A stretch of DNA of 63,543 nt, the filler included, from Octopus bimaculoides (Eukaryota): NCBI RefSeq assembly GCF_001194135.2. It is 6 parts of 5 records of this genome, joined end to end, with 100 filler letters (N's around TTAATTAATTAA, not from the genome) between each part and the next. Parts side by side here need not be neighbours in the genome. Positions count along the whole stretch, not along the records: positions 1 to 18,440 come from NC_068989.1; positions 18,541 to 32,156 come from NC_068991.1; 4 more parts are not named here. One strand, 5' to 3'. Positions 15,396-29,280 of this stretch are shown piece by piece. Below the pieces are notes generated by a model that saw only the letters and a list, made by a program, of their open reading frames with translations, had not been told where the DNA came from and made no database searches. The position numbers and the translations under genes were made by a program. Position 1 is the first letter of the stretch, and each line of letters begins with the position of its first letter.

Positions 15396-15941
15396 GGAAG
15401 TTGTATTTATTAGCAGTGTTGACAATTTCCGATATAGTTTATGATTTAGTAATTTTGTGAAGTATTCTTCTTTTGCCTTTCATAGTTGATTATTTTCTTC
15501 CCGTATCTTAACACAAAAAAGGAATATTTTAAAATTATCATCTGAATAATTGTCAAGGTGTTCACAATAGGAAATATTTCTGAAAGATGTCTTTGCTTTG
15601 TTGCTTATGTACCCTAACACGATCTGTTCATATTGTACCACACTGAATTGTGATACAATATGGACAGATTTGTGAATACCAAGAAACATTCACGCAGATA
15701 TAACAATTTAAAGGATAAGCATAATACAATGGATAATACTAAGTGGATTTTCCTTTTTGTCTCTCTTTTTCTTTTTTCTTTGTGATGTAATCTTGGGACT
15801 GAAAATGTTTGCGGCTGAAGATTAGCTTTAAACCATCCTTTCTATCAATTATATACTCATATAATGATGCAACGACAGTTTGTGCATAAAGCTTGAAACA
15901 CGTGTACCGCGGAATCCTTTGTGTTCTGTTTTCATTTTACG

Positions 15942-15996
<55 letters not shown>

Positions 15997-16020
15997 AGAT
16001 AGATAGATAATATATGTCTG

Positions 16021-16081
<61 letters not shown>

Positions 16082-16918
16082 AGTTGAGGTGTATTCCGTT
16101 AAGAACGGAACGTATTAGAGTACAAAATAGAGCTCGTTCACCCTTAGAATTGCAAGATACCCGGCAGTATTATGGTAAACTACTATACTACAAATTCTAG
16201 GCTTAGGCATTCCTCTAGCGTCTGCTAGATTCAAAAGAGCCAGTTCGATGTGATAGCATCGAAATGAAACATTTACTTAGGCAGGCAGCGATTTTATATC
16301 ATCTGAAGAGCTACAACTAGGTGCTATTATGCGGGTAAACCATTACTTAATCTAAATTTAAATGTTGTATCGAAACACGTGTAGTGGTCACAAAACAGCT
16401 GTCGAATCGTACTCCCTCTTACTTATTCCCTCTGACTTACGTATTCCCTCCGACTCGATTTATTCTTTCCTTGTTATACATGCATATGTATATACATACC
16501 TATATATATACACAGGTATGTGTATATGCCTGTTTTTATTCCTGCCTCCACGTATTTTCGTTGTCTCTGTCGTTGATGCTTACAGAGTTATCTCTCTCCC
16601 GTATTATATAGTTGAAATAATGATGGTTAATTTTGCTGTTGTTGTTGTTGTTGTTGTTGTTGCTACTACTGCTGGCATTGTGCTTACTGTTATTAATCAC
16701 GAAACCAACCATCTCTCCTTCTTCCATATGCCGTTTAGTACTCCTTAGTTATTCTTTCTCTCTCTCTCTTCCCGCTCTGCCTCCCTCGATCCTTCTCTCT
16801 CTGTCTCTCCCCATCTCTAAGCTTTTATCTGATCTCTCTTCCTGTTACTCCTTCCACGTTTCTTCTATCATCCTCTCTCTCTCTCTCTCACTCCCTCTCT
16901 CTCATTGTCTCTACACAA

Positions 16919-16960
<42 letters not shown>

Positions 16961-17125
16961 ATTCTCACTGTTTCACACACTTTTCATTTTAGCATTCTCT
17001 GTTTTCTTCTGATCTTTTGTCTTTCATATATTTTCTTGCAAATCGTCTTACTTTCTTTCATAATTCATTCATTCATTCATTCTTCTTCTTCTTCTTCTTC
17101 TTCTTCTTCTTCTTCTTCTTCTTCT

Positions 17126-17160
<35 letters not shown>

Positions 17161-17455
17161 TCCTTCTCTTCCTCCTCCTCCTCCTCCTCCTTGCCGTCCT
17201 CATTTTTTTCCTATTTTCTAACGTTCACCCTGTTTTCTCTCTTCCCTCTCTGTCTCTATCTTCCTCTCCCTCTTTCTCTCCCCCCTCTCTCTCTGTCTTT
17301 CTCTTTCTCTTTCTCCCTCTGGATTAGTGTCAAGAGCTAACATGGGAAGAAGGATTAAAACTTAATTGGAAAACAAAATATTCTAAGATCCACAACCGAC
17401 GCTACAACATTTTTGTAACAACCGTAAACAAATGCAACAACAACAGCACCACCAC

Positions 17456-17487
<32 letters not shown>

Positions 17488-17631
17488 ACGACGACAACAA
17501 TAATGGCAACAACATTGACAACAACAATAAGCATTACCATAATAATGATAATTATCATTATGACCATATCTGTACCAAAGAGCATAATTGCAACACAGCT
17601 CAACTATCATTGAGACTGTGAGCCATATTAA

Positions 17632-17655
17632 CAGGAAGAAGAAGAAAAAGAAGAA

Positions 17656-17702
<47 letters not shown>

Positions 17703-17965
17703 AGAAGAAGGAGGAGGAGGAGGAGGAGAAGACGAAGAAGACGAAGAAGAAGAAGAAGAAGAAGAAGAAGAAGAAGAAGAAGAAGAAGAAGAAGAAGAAG
17801 GAGGAGGAGGAGGAGGAGGAGGAGAAGAAGACAAAGAAGAAGAAGAAGAAGGAGGAGGAGAAGAAGAAGAAGGAGGAGGAGGAGGAGGAGGAGGAGGAGA
17901 AGAAGAAGACGAAGAAGAAGAAGAAGAAGAAGAAGAAGGAGAAGGAGAAGAAGAAGAAGAAGAAG
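17632..17965 (+). repeat. Compound (AAG)n/(GAG)n polypurine tract
   Basis: About 330 bp of almost pure purine triplets. Confidence 0.95.
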
Positions 17966-18440
17966 AGCAGCAAGAAAAGACACCACTACACCGAATTCTA
18001 CCTCCACCCGAACTACCCCTCCAGTGACCATCACCACAACAACAATGAGCTCCACAGCAATAATAACTACAGCAGCGCAAATAACCACAGCTATCACCAG
18101 TACTACTACCACGATCAGCGCCGCCACCATCATCACCAGTAACAGCAACATGAGCAACACCATCAGTACGACCGTAAAAAAAAAAACATATCTGTCATCA
18201 ACAACACTGTCAGCATCATCAAGACCAATATCGACCACAGCCAATACAATGACCAATACAATGACCAGACTACCAACGAAAATGCCAACTCCAAGAATAC
18301 CCAACTAGCACCGAAGCTATCAATGCCATCATTAATAACATCAATACACAACCACCACGATGACCACCACCACCACCACCACCACCACAACTTCCACTAC
18401 CACCATCACCATCACTATAACCACCACCAGCACCACCACC

Positions 18441-18540
18441 NNNNNNNNNNNNNNNNNNNNNNNNNNNNNNNNNNNNNNNNNNNNTTAATTAATTAANNNN
18501 NNNNNNNNNNNNNNNNNNNNNNNNNNNNNNNNNNNNNNNN
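18441..18540. other. Synthetic scaffold spacer N44-TTAATTAATTAA-N44
   Basis: Identical 100 nt blocks at 18441-18540, 32157-32256, 46300-46399, 54405-54504 and 62173-62272. Confidence 0.95.
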
Positions 18541-18956
18541 CCCTTGCTGGTTTGGCATCTGCAGACTAGTTTCAGGGTGTTGCCCCTTGTCAATGCAGAG
18601 CAGCCAAGCTCCAGCCAGGCGGCGCTACTGACTGTCTGTTCGAAGGTTATTTATCTAATTTCAGTGGAATCTATCCACTGGTTTTCATAAATAGAGTTAT
18701 TAATATTTCTAAGTCTCTCTAAAGGAGACTACGGCCAGCGTTACGTATTGGTTTCAATGTGGAACTGAAACCTGGTGACGAATTTTACTCAACAGCTTTT
18801 CTTCATCTTGTGTCGTGTATTAAAGGTGTATTGTACATTTAAAACTGTCGTTTCAATATATATCTAAGTATAGAAACCTCAGTTTTTACATGGGTTTAGA
18901 GTCATGAGAATACAGATATATACATGTGCATAAGCTCACACATACACACATACAGA

Positions 18957-18989
<33 letters not shown>

Positions 18990-19104
18990 ACACACACACA
19001 AACACACACACACACACATGTGTGGTGTGTATTTGCATGTATCTATGTATGTTTATGTGTACATATATATACATGTTTATATTCAAACATATATATATGC
19101 ACGC

Positions 19105-19149
<45 letters not shown>

Positions 19150-19269
19150 NNNNNNNNNNNNNNNNNNNNNNNNNNNNNNNNNNNNNNNNNNNNNNNNNNN
19201 NNNNNNNNNNNNNNNNNNNNNNNNNNNNNNNNNNNNNNNNNNNNNNNNNNNNNNNNNNNNNNNNNNNNN

Positions 19270-19324
<55 letters not shown>

Positions 19325-19681
19325 CATAGATATGTATGCCTGTATATACGTATGTATGTATATATGTGTATGTGTTGTTATTCCCACACATGTGTATGTT
19401 TGTGGTCGTATTGTGTGCCTGTAAGCTTTTGTAAATGTGTAAATTCAAACGGATCGGAAATAAAGAGAAAAAAAAAAGATGAACGATCGACAAATGTTTA
19501 CATGAAGGTATACTGAAGTATTTGCTTCTTTGTGTTTGTTTGTGTGTCTGTGTGTGTGTACATTTATATGCATGTATGTATGTATGTATGTATGTATGTA
19601 TTTGCAAAACATGGAGGGAGTAAGACAAAGAATGTACAGAAACGAAAGAGAGGGGAACAAGGAAAAGAAGAATGGAATATG

Positions 19682-19758
<77 letters not shown>

Positions 19759-22132
19759 TGTGTGTGAAATTTAAGGAGAGATCGGCATTGATAGAAAACA
19801 AAACGTAGCTAAAGTTTAAATTCAAATCGTTGAAAGTACAAAGATAAAAACAAGTAAACGTTATCAACAACTAAAACAACCACCGACAAACAACACAAAA
19901 ATAAATATACACAAAGCTAAAATAATATACCAAGAGAATTACGTCCACAACAGCATATGTAAAATTTAAAGCCGGATCAATTTTGAGTTTTGTTTTTCAC
20001 ATTAAATTATAATTTGTTTTCAAATATAAATTTCTTTTTCTTGGGAAATTATTTAATTTTCTTTCAGATTTGTTTAATAGTGTTAAATATCGAGAGTGTA
20101 ATTGATGTTAAGTATGAATTTGTATGATGCAGATAAAGAGAATGGTCGATAGGATGATAGATAGAAAAACTAACAATCAGTAAGCTGGAAAGATGGATAT
20201 ATTGATGAATCAACACAAAGATACAGCGATTACAGGAACTAGATTGTACCTTGTACATGTACATACAATCACATACAAAAATACATACATACATACATAC
20301 AAACACATACAAAGATACATACATACATACATACATATATACATACATTCATACAGATGTGTGCGTATGTGCACACACACACACATACATTAACAGTTAA
20401 TGACAGAAATAGCCTCTGTAATAATTATTAACTTGCTTATCCAACTTAACTTTGATGTGTTGTTTTGAACGCCGTAGGTTGAGGTAATCGTCTCGTCAAA
20501 CCATCTTGTTAAGTGCTAAAAAGCTCAGATTATAATCGACAAAAGAAATTGCATCAACACTGTCGGATGGGTTGTTGTATCACGTGATTTCTGCATAGTT
20601 TGCGCATCATCAGCAACAGGCATCCTACCATCGATTACGAGATCGAAAAGCTGCAAAAGTCACTTGAAAAATCTGTTCGCTTTAGGACTTAACATCTATA
20701 CGAGATGTTTTCTCAGGAAGATTAACGCAGTCTCTGCCGTTCACAACAGCACATCCAAGAGAAGTGGGAAGACCAAATTAATATTCGTTAAAAAGTTTGC
20801 TTCCGTCATTAAAAGCTAATTTGTAGNNNNNNNNNNNNNNNNNNNNNNNNNNNNNNNNNNNNNNNNNNNNNNNNNNNNNNNNNNNNNNNNNNNNNNNNNN
20901 NNNNNNNNNNNNNNNNNNNNNNNNNNNNNNNNNNNNNNNNNNNNNNNNNNNNNNNNNNNNNNNNNNNNNNNNNNNNNNNNNNNNNNNNNNNNNNNNNNNN
21001 NNNNNNNNNNNNNNNNNNNNNNNNNNNNNNNNNNNNNNNNNNNNNNNNNNNNNNNNNNNNNNNNNNNNNNNNNNNNNNNNNNNNNNNNNNNNNNNNNNNN
21101 NNNNNNNNNNNNNNNNNNNNNNNNNNNNNNNNNNNNNNNNNNNNNNNNNNNNNNNNNNNNNNNNNNNNNNNNNNNNNNNNNNNNNNNNNNNNNNNNNNNN
21201 NNNNNNNNNNNNNNNNNNNNNNNNNNNNNNNNNNNNNNNNNNNNNNNNNNNNNNNNNNNNNNNNNNNNNNNNNNNNNNNNNNNNNNNNNNNNNNNNNNNN
21301 NNNNNNNNNNNNNNNNNNNNNNNNNNNNNNNNNNNNNNNNNNNNNNNNNNNNNNNNNNNNNNNNNNNNNNNNNNNNNNNNNNNNNNNNNNNNNNNNNNNN
21401 NNNNNNNNNNNNNNNNNNNNNNNNNNNNNNNNNNNNNNNNNNNNNNNNNNNNNNNNNNNNNNNNNNNNNNNNNNNNNNNNNNNNNNNNNNNNNNNNNNNN
21501 NNNNNNNNNNNNNNNNNNNNNNNNNNNNNNNNNNNNNNNNNNNNNNNNNNNNNNNNNNNNNNNNNNNNNNNNNNNNNNNNNNNNNNNNNNNNNNNNNNNN
21601 NNNNNNNNNNNNNNNNNNNNNNNNNNNNNNNNNNNNNNNNNNNNNNNNNNNNNNNNNNNNNNNNNNNNNNNNNNNNNNNNNNNNNNNNNNNNNNNNNNNN
21701 NNNNNNNNTATACAGATATATATATATATGTATACAGATATATATAACCTCATCACACACGCACACAGACACAGACACACACACACACACACACACACGC
21801 ACATGATGAGGTCCTTTCAGTTTCTGTCAACCAAACCCACTCACAAGCATTTAATCGGCTTGAGGCGATAACAGAAGACACTTGCCAAGATTCCACGCAA
21901 TGGGGCCGAACTTAGAACCATGTGCTTTAGGAGCAAACTTCTTACAACACAGCTATGCCTGCGCCTATACACGCATACATAAATAAATACGTACATATAT
22001 ATGTTTGTGAGTGTGTATGTGTATGTAAGTAGTATATAAACATGTATATAGTATATGCATGTGTAACTATTATTGGCATATATATATGTACGTATATATC
22101 TATGCATATATGCATATTCATATATATTCATG

Positions 22133-22219
<87 letters not shown>

Positions 22220-22847
22220 GTTCGTGGGTGGGGTGGGATGCATGCGTGTCTATTTGAGTCATGGTGCTGCATTTATCTTGACAAGGTTAAATAACAAACG
22301 AACGATTTGAGGCAAAAAACAAAAGTTTAAAAAGTGTAAACGCACAAGAACACACACACATACACGCACACAGGGGCACACACACGCAAACGCGCGCGCA
22401 CACACACATACACAAGCATACATACAAACACAAATACTTTCACAGACATATGTAAACAAAATATGCAATAATACTAGTACTAATACTAACAACAAAAGCA
22501 GGAACAAAACCAAAAATAATTAAGTGAATACGAAGAGAAGAAGAAATAGAAACACAAACAATATACAATAAAAGAAAATTAAGGAAAAAAGAAAAAAAAA
22601 AACAGAAACAATAAGGAAAATTGGCGAAATTTTGTATAGGTAAATCAAGTTTACTGAGGTGAATGTAGGAGATCATTGGTCCATTGCAGACAGCTGTCAA
22701 AGACATATCGATTTAAAACAACAACTAATAATAACAAAACATCACCTTATCAGTGCAGTTATTTCCCTTCTTTTCCTTTTTCTTTCTCTCCTTCCCTTTC
22801 CCTCACACCACCTGTTTATTTATTTATTTATTTATTTATCTATCCAT

Positions 22848-22912
<65 letters not shown>

Positions 22913-23027
22913 CCTCTCTCCATATGTGTGAGTATATGTATATATACACAGTATATATATATGTATGTGTATACACACACACATGTATAGACTCATTCAC
23001 ACACACTCACTCATATATACAAACATG

Positions 23028-23086
<59 letters not shown>

Positions 23087-24039
23087 GTGTCTGTGTGTGT
23101 GTGTGTGTCTGTGTCCGTGTCCGTGTGTGTGTCTTTTTGCCTNNNNNNNNNNNNNNNNNNNNNNNNNNNNNNNNNNNNNNNNNNNNNNNNNNNNNNNNNN
23201 NNNNNNNNNNNNNNNNNNNNNNNNNNNNNNNNNNNNNNNNNNNNNNNNNNNNNNNNNNNNNNNNNNNNNNNNNNNNNNNNNNNNNNNNNNNNNNNNNNNN
23301 NNNNNNNNNNNNNNNNNNNNNNNNNNNNNNNNNNNNNNNNNNNNNNNNNNNNNNNNNNNNNNNNNNNNNNNNNNNNNNNNNNNNNNNNNNNNNNNNNNNN
23401 NNNNNNNNNNNNNNNNNNNNNNNNNNNNNNNNNNNNNNNNNNNNNNNNNNNNNNNNNNNNNNNNNNNNNNNNNNNNNNNNNNNNNNNNNNNNNNNNNNNN
23501 NNNNNNNNNNNNNNNNNNNNNNNNNNNNNNNNNNNNNNNNNNNNNNNNNNNNNNNNNNNNNNNNNNNNNNNNNNNNNNNNNNNNNNNNNNNNNNNNNNNN
23601 NNNNNNNNNNNNNNNNNNNNNNNNNNNNNNNNNNNNNNNNNNNNNNNNNNNNNNNNNNNNNNNNNNNNNNNNNNNNNNNNNNNNNNNNNNNNNNNNNNNN
23701 NNNNNNNNNNNNNNNNNNNNNNNNNNNNNNNNNNNNNNNNNNNNNNNNNNNNNNNNNNNNNNNNNNNNNNNNNNNNNNNNNNNNNNNNNNNNNNNNNNNN
23801 NNNNNNNNNNNNNNNNNNNNNNNNNGTGTGTGTGTGTATGAGTGTAATATATACAATATATTGTTATGAGCGACTAAAACTTTCATATATTGAAGATGTT
23901 TTCTCGGCAGGTTTTGAGAACAGGCCTTGTTCATAAAGTCATAAAGCAAGTTGGTGTAGAACGGAAGTGGTCTAAAGTCTGTGATACAGCTGCTCAATCC
24001 GGAGAGGGTAATGTTCTCTTATTCACCAAAATAAACTTG

Positions 24040-24660
24040 TTCTTATGTTTCTATTTGCTAAAATTTTCTAATCTGCAATTCAGAAGTGCGGTAGAATTCT
24101 TGAATCTAAAAAGGATATGTGATTTTTCAGCTACGCATATGTTGCATTTTTTAGACCCCTCAACATATGGTATGGATTTTTCTACGATTTTCCACTTGAA
24201 TGTATGTGGTACGAAGTTGGTTATCAAGTTCCATAAGTAGCTAGCCAGCTTAGTGGCTTTACTTTTGTTCAAGTGTAGGAAAGAATATAAGTGGTTACCA
24301 TAACCCAATGTAATTCTTGATTTCGGTTAGGTTATGTAGTGTTGATGTTACTTCTGCCTCATATACAACGTTGTTTATCATACACGCTTGGTCAAGTGGG
24401 CAAGCTCCAGAGTTTCGACATTTACAACTGAGAGTGGGCTGTAGGTGGTGTTTACAAGAAATGATGCTCTTTATATTGGGGCAGCAGCTGTATGATATTT
24501 TAATTGAGCGTCTGCTGAAGATCTTCCTGCGTTTATCATTTTATAGAAAATGCTCATCTAAGAGATACAGGAATCTCTGATTTACGTCAGTTTTAACATT
24601 TAGGGAGAAGAGGGGTCTGACCAAAATTATTTTTCTAGGTCTATTCTTAGGTCTATTTTT
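24040..24660 (-). mobile_element. Penelope-like element fossil (RT C-terminus, Cys linker and GIY-YIG endonuclease)
   Basis: Minus strand reads PLFSLNVKTDVNQRFLYLLDEHF..KIFSRRSIKISYSCCPNIKSIIS..CKCRNSGACPLDQACMINNVVYEAEV..YIG..NHLYSF..KATKLASYLWNL..KWKIVEKSIPY..GSKKCNICVAEKSHIL..LLN, the hallmark Penelope motifs. Confidence 0.9.
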
Positions 24661-25572
24661 ATGATTCATATTATCATTAGAACAGTTGTGGTATATAATA
24701 TCTTTGAAGCCATGTATATAAATATACATCTATGTATATATATNNNNNNNNNNNNNNNNNNNNNNNNNNNNNNNNNNNNNNNNNNNNNNNNNNNNNNNNN
24801 NNNNNNNNNNNNNNNNNNNNNNNNNNNNNNNNNNNNNNNNNNNNNNNNNNNNNNNNNNNNNNNNNNNNNNNNNNNNNNNNNNNNNNNNNNNNNNNNNNNN
24901 NNNNNNNNNNNNNNNNNNNNNNNNNNNNNNNNNNNNNNNNNNNNNNNNNNNNNNNNNNNNNNNNNNNNNNNNNNNNNNNNNNNNNNNNNNNNNNNNNNNN
25001 NNNNNNNNNNNNNNNNNNNNNNNNNNNNNNNNNNNNNNNNNNNNNNNNNNNNNNNNNNNNNNNNNNNNNNNNNNNNNNNNNNNNNNNNNNNNNNNNNNNN
25101 NNNNNNNNNNNNNNNNNNNNNNNNNNNNNNNNNNNNNNNNNNNNNNNNNNNNNNNNNNNNNNNNNNNNNNNNNNNNNNNNNNNNNNNNNNNNNNNNNNNN
25201 NNNNNNNNNNNNNNNNNNNNNNNNNNNNNNNNNNNNNNNNNNNNNNNNNNNNNNNNNNNNNNNNNNNNNNNNNNNNNNNNNNNNNNNNNNNNNNNNNNNN
25301 NNNNNNNNNNNNNNNNNNNNNNNNNNNNNNNNNNNNNNNNNNNNNNNNNNNNNNNNNNNNNNNNNNNNNNNNNNNNNNNNNNNNNNNNNNNNNNNNNNNN
25401 NNNNNNNNNNNNNNNNNNNNNNNNNNNNNNNNNNNNNNNNNNNNNNNNNNNNNNNNNNNNNNNNNNNNNNNNNNNNNNNNNNNNNNNNGTCAATTAATAA
25501 TAGAATTAATAATTAACAATTTTGCCAAGTAGTTCAGTATGAAAAAAACCTTTATCGGTAAAACCATTTATC

Positions 25573-25652
25573 ATCATAAATATACAGGGATTAGCAATTG
25601 AGTTGCTTCTCTGGAGAAGCAACTCAATTGCTAATCCCTGTATATTTATGAT
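25573..25652. repeat. Perfect inverted repeat, 39 bp arms and 2 nt loop
   Basis: atcataaatatacagggattagcaattgagttgcttctc-TG-gagaagcaactcaattgctaatccctgtatatttatgat. Confidence 0.95.
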
Positions 25653-26463
25653 ATATATACATATATGTATGTATATATAATTGTATATCTGTCTATGTAG
25701 ATATATATACTCTTTTACTCTTTTATTAACGCCTCCTCGGCGGGGAATCGAACCCCAGTATTAACGCTTCCCCGGCGGGGAGCACGCGAGTGTACATGTA
25801 TGTCTATGTGTATGTGTATCTCTTTCAGTATACTCAAAAAAACTCTCTCCCCATATATTACATCACGTGAAACACTGAGCTCTCCAATAAGAGATCGTAA
25901 TCTGCCTCCTATATCGACTAAGTTACTGTGTAATATATGTGAAGAGCATACGTAGATGTTTATATAATTCTCTTATCTTTTTCCATTTCCATGAAATAAA
26001 ATTCTTAAAGTCACTGGTAGTCATCAATAACCTTCGTTTCTTGTTATACAATTATCTAAGAATTCCACACACATTTCTACCATTATTGTAAAATTCTGGA
26101 AGAATCGACATGCACAAGACATGTGAGAAAGTTGAATGCTGTCCATCCGATAATCTTCTGTAGATTTTCGTCTGTGCAATTTCACTTAGAACGTTTAGAC
26201 AGACCTGAGACTATGATAGAATCCACTTTGCCAAAAGTGGATTGCTGCGGGATCGAGTCGGGAACATTGTGACTAGGAATTGCACTTCATCATTCACCTA
26301 TGTCTGTGCTTTACCAACCAACCAAATATATCTTCAGACAGGAACAGAGTGGTGATATAGATGGAGGGAAGAATTATCATCTTGTGTGCATGTAATGAAT
26401 AAGACAAACGTCAATATATTTCTCATAACATTCTAAACATACCAGAGTTATCTGTGTGTGTAT

Positions 26464-26525
<62 letters not shown>

Positions 26526-28565
26526 ATCTGTGTGTGTGTATGTATAAGTAGATAGATAGATGTGTGCGTGTATGTATGTCTGTCTGTATGTATGTCTGTT
26601 TGTATGTATGTCTGTGTGTATGTATGCACGCATGTAATCTAATTAAGACTGTTTAAAGACTCGGCTAAAGACATCTCAAAACAAATATCACTGTTTGCAA
26701 AGAACAGTGTGTCCAACGTTTCGAGAAAAAGTGTAGTCTTGGATGTTAAGACTACACTTAACATCCAAGAACATGCAAGAGACAAATTAACATCTTGTGA
26801 AATAGAGATACAACAATTGCAGTCAATTAAAAATACATACTGTGTGAAACATGTGTTCATCAAAATAGAATAAACAAAGTCTCGCTTGATCTGCGCTGAC
26901 CTGATGAGGGGCAGAAGGGGTACCAAAACAGCAGCAGTAACAACAGCAACAACATAAATATACGAACAATAACAACATCGAATACAATGTATACTATATA
27001 AATATCTTTCATGCCACCCATCAAAACTTCCACCATATGTCTTAATGTTTTCATTGGCGTTCCTGTATTTCTTTGTTATTCACGCCCTCTGTCCGCTGCA
27101 AATCACCATGTCTTTAGTCATTTCGACTCAGCCCCCCCCCCTCNNNNNNNNNNNNNNNNNNNNNNNNNNNNNNNNNNNNNNNNNNNNNNNNNNNNNNNNN
27201 NNNNNNNNNNNNNNNNNNNNNNNNNNNNNNNNNNNNNNNNNNNNNNNNNNNNNNNNNNNNNNNNNNNNNNNNNNNNNNNNNNNNNNNNNNNNNNNNNNNN
27301 NNNNNNNNNNNNNNNNNNNNNNNNNNNNNNNNNNNNNNNNNNNNNNNNNNNNNNNNNNNNNNNNNNNNNNNNNNNNNNNNNNNNNNNNNNNNNNNNNNNN
27401 NNNNNNNNNNNNNNNNNNNNNNNNNNNNNNNNNNNNNNNNNNNNNNNNNNNNNNNNNNNNNNNNNNNNNNNNNNNNNNNNNNNNNNNNNNNNNNNNNNNN
27501 NNNNNNNNNNNNNNNNNNNNNNNNNNNNNNNNNNNNNNNNNNNNNNNNNNNNNNNNNNNNNNNNNNNNNNNNNNNNNNNNNNNNNNNNNNNNNNNNNNNN
27601 NNNNNNNNNNNNNNNNNNNNNNNNNNNNNNNNNNNNNNNNNNNNNNNNNNNNNNNNNNNNNNNNNNNNNNNNNNNNNNNNNNNNNNNNNNNNNNNNNNNN
27701 NNNNNNNNNNNNNNNNNNNNNNNNNNNNNNNNNNNNNNNNNNNNNNNNNNNNNNNNNNNNNNNNNNNNNNNNNNNNNNNNNNNNNNNNNNNNNNNNNNNN
27801 NNNNNNNNNNNNNNNNNNNNNNNNNNNNCTCACCGTCGTCGTCGTCGTCCCCCTCAGCCTCCTCCTCCATCTCCTCTTCCTCCACCCCCTCTTCCTCCAC
27901 CTCCTCCTCCTCCTTCTCCTCGTCATCATCATCATCATCATCATCAACCTCCTCTTCCACCTCCTCCTCCTCCTCCTCCTCATCATCATCACCCACCTCC
28001 TCCTCCACCTCCTCATCATCATCATCATCGTCATCATCATCGTCATCATCATCATCATCATCACCATCATCCTCCGCCTCTCCCTCACGGTCGTCGTCGT
28101 CGTCGTCGTCGTGGTGACCAGCAGCAAACAATTGTTCCCAGATTTGGTGATAGTAGTCGAAGTAGCAGTAGCAGTAGTAGCGTTGCTGTCGTGTTGTTCT
28201 TGGTGGTGATGATGTAGTAGTTAGTAATAATAAAGCTGTTGGTGCAAGTAATTTGAGAGAGACGCCTTTGTTGTTTGATGTCATCCTCCCTTTCCTGCTG
28301 TCTTCCTGTCTGACCACCAAAGGTCACTTCTAATTGTCTGGACTGACCTCTCTGCCTGTTTTTGTATGATGCACACACACGCACGCGCGTACACGCACAC
28401 ATACATATAAAGAAAGAGTTACACATAGATAGATACATATAGAAACACATACGTATACCGATGTGTGTGTTTATATATGTGTATATGTACATACATACAC
28501 ATATTTATACATATATATATATATTTATATGCATACATATACATATATCTATGTATGTAATATCT

Positions 28566-28775
28566 CTCTTTTACTCTTTTACTTGTTTCAGTCATTTGAC
28601 TGTGGCCATGCTGGAGCACCGTCTTTAGTAGAGCAAATCGACCCCAGGAATTATTCTTTGTAAGCCTAGTACTTATTTTATCGGTCGCTTTTGCCGAATA
28701 GCTAAGTTACGGGGACGTAAATACATCAGCATAGGTTGTCAAGCGATGTTGGGGGACAAACACTGACACACACTA

Positions 28776-28820
<45 letters not shown>

Positions 28821-29007
28821 TATATATACATATACGTATACACGACGGGCTTCTTTCAGTTTCCGTCTACCAAATCCACTCACAAGGCTTTGGTCGGCTC
28901 GAAGCTATAGTAGAAGACACTTGCCCAAGGTGCCACGCAGTGGGACTGAACCCAGAACCGTGCGGTTGGTAAGCAAGCTACTTACCACACAGCCACTCCC
29001 GCGCCTA
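28566..29007 (-). mobile_element. tRNA-derived SINE family A, full length, with internal (CA)n/(TA)n
   Basis: Head taggcgc.ggagtggctgtgtggtaag..gggttcagtcccactgcgtggcaccttgggcaagtgtc; tail aagtaaaagagtaaaagag. Other copies or fragments near 1-45, 1135-1340, 21805-21965, 29040-29460, 32030-32120, 33140-33225, 34200-34380, 38070-38315, 38980-39120, 39990-40135, 40175-40250, 40700-41070, 46085-46260, 51340-51580, 61290-61450. Confidence 0.9.
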
Positions 29008-29245
29008 TGTATGTATATCTTTTTTCTATCTTCTATCTGTTACTTGTTTTAGCTATTATACTGCGACCATGCTGGAGCACCGTCTTGCAGAATTTTAGTC
29101 GAATGAATCGACCCCAATTCTTATTCCATCGATCTTTTGCCAAACCGCTAAACTAAGGGGATGTAAAGACACCAATACTGGTTGTCAAGCGGAGGAGGGG
29201 ACAAACACAGACAAACGGACAGACAGCCACATACACACATACATG

Positions 29246-29280
<35 letters not shown>

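Noticed and set aside
17588-18308. Poly-K/E and Thr/His-rich ORFs
   Set aside because: Translations of trinucleotide microsatellites; no domain or splice support.
18541-18650. GC-richer block; the minus strand reads LTRGNTLKLV, similar to the CR1/L2 TRGHxxKL motif
   Set aside because: Only a short motif match, insufficient to call.
26895-26940. CTGATGAG..AAAAC hammerhead-like string
   Set aside because: GAAA is absent, stem II is only 2 bp, and there is no stem I complement.
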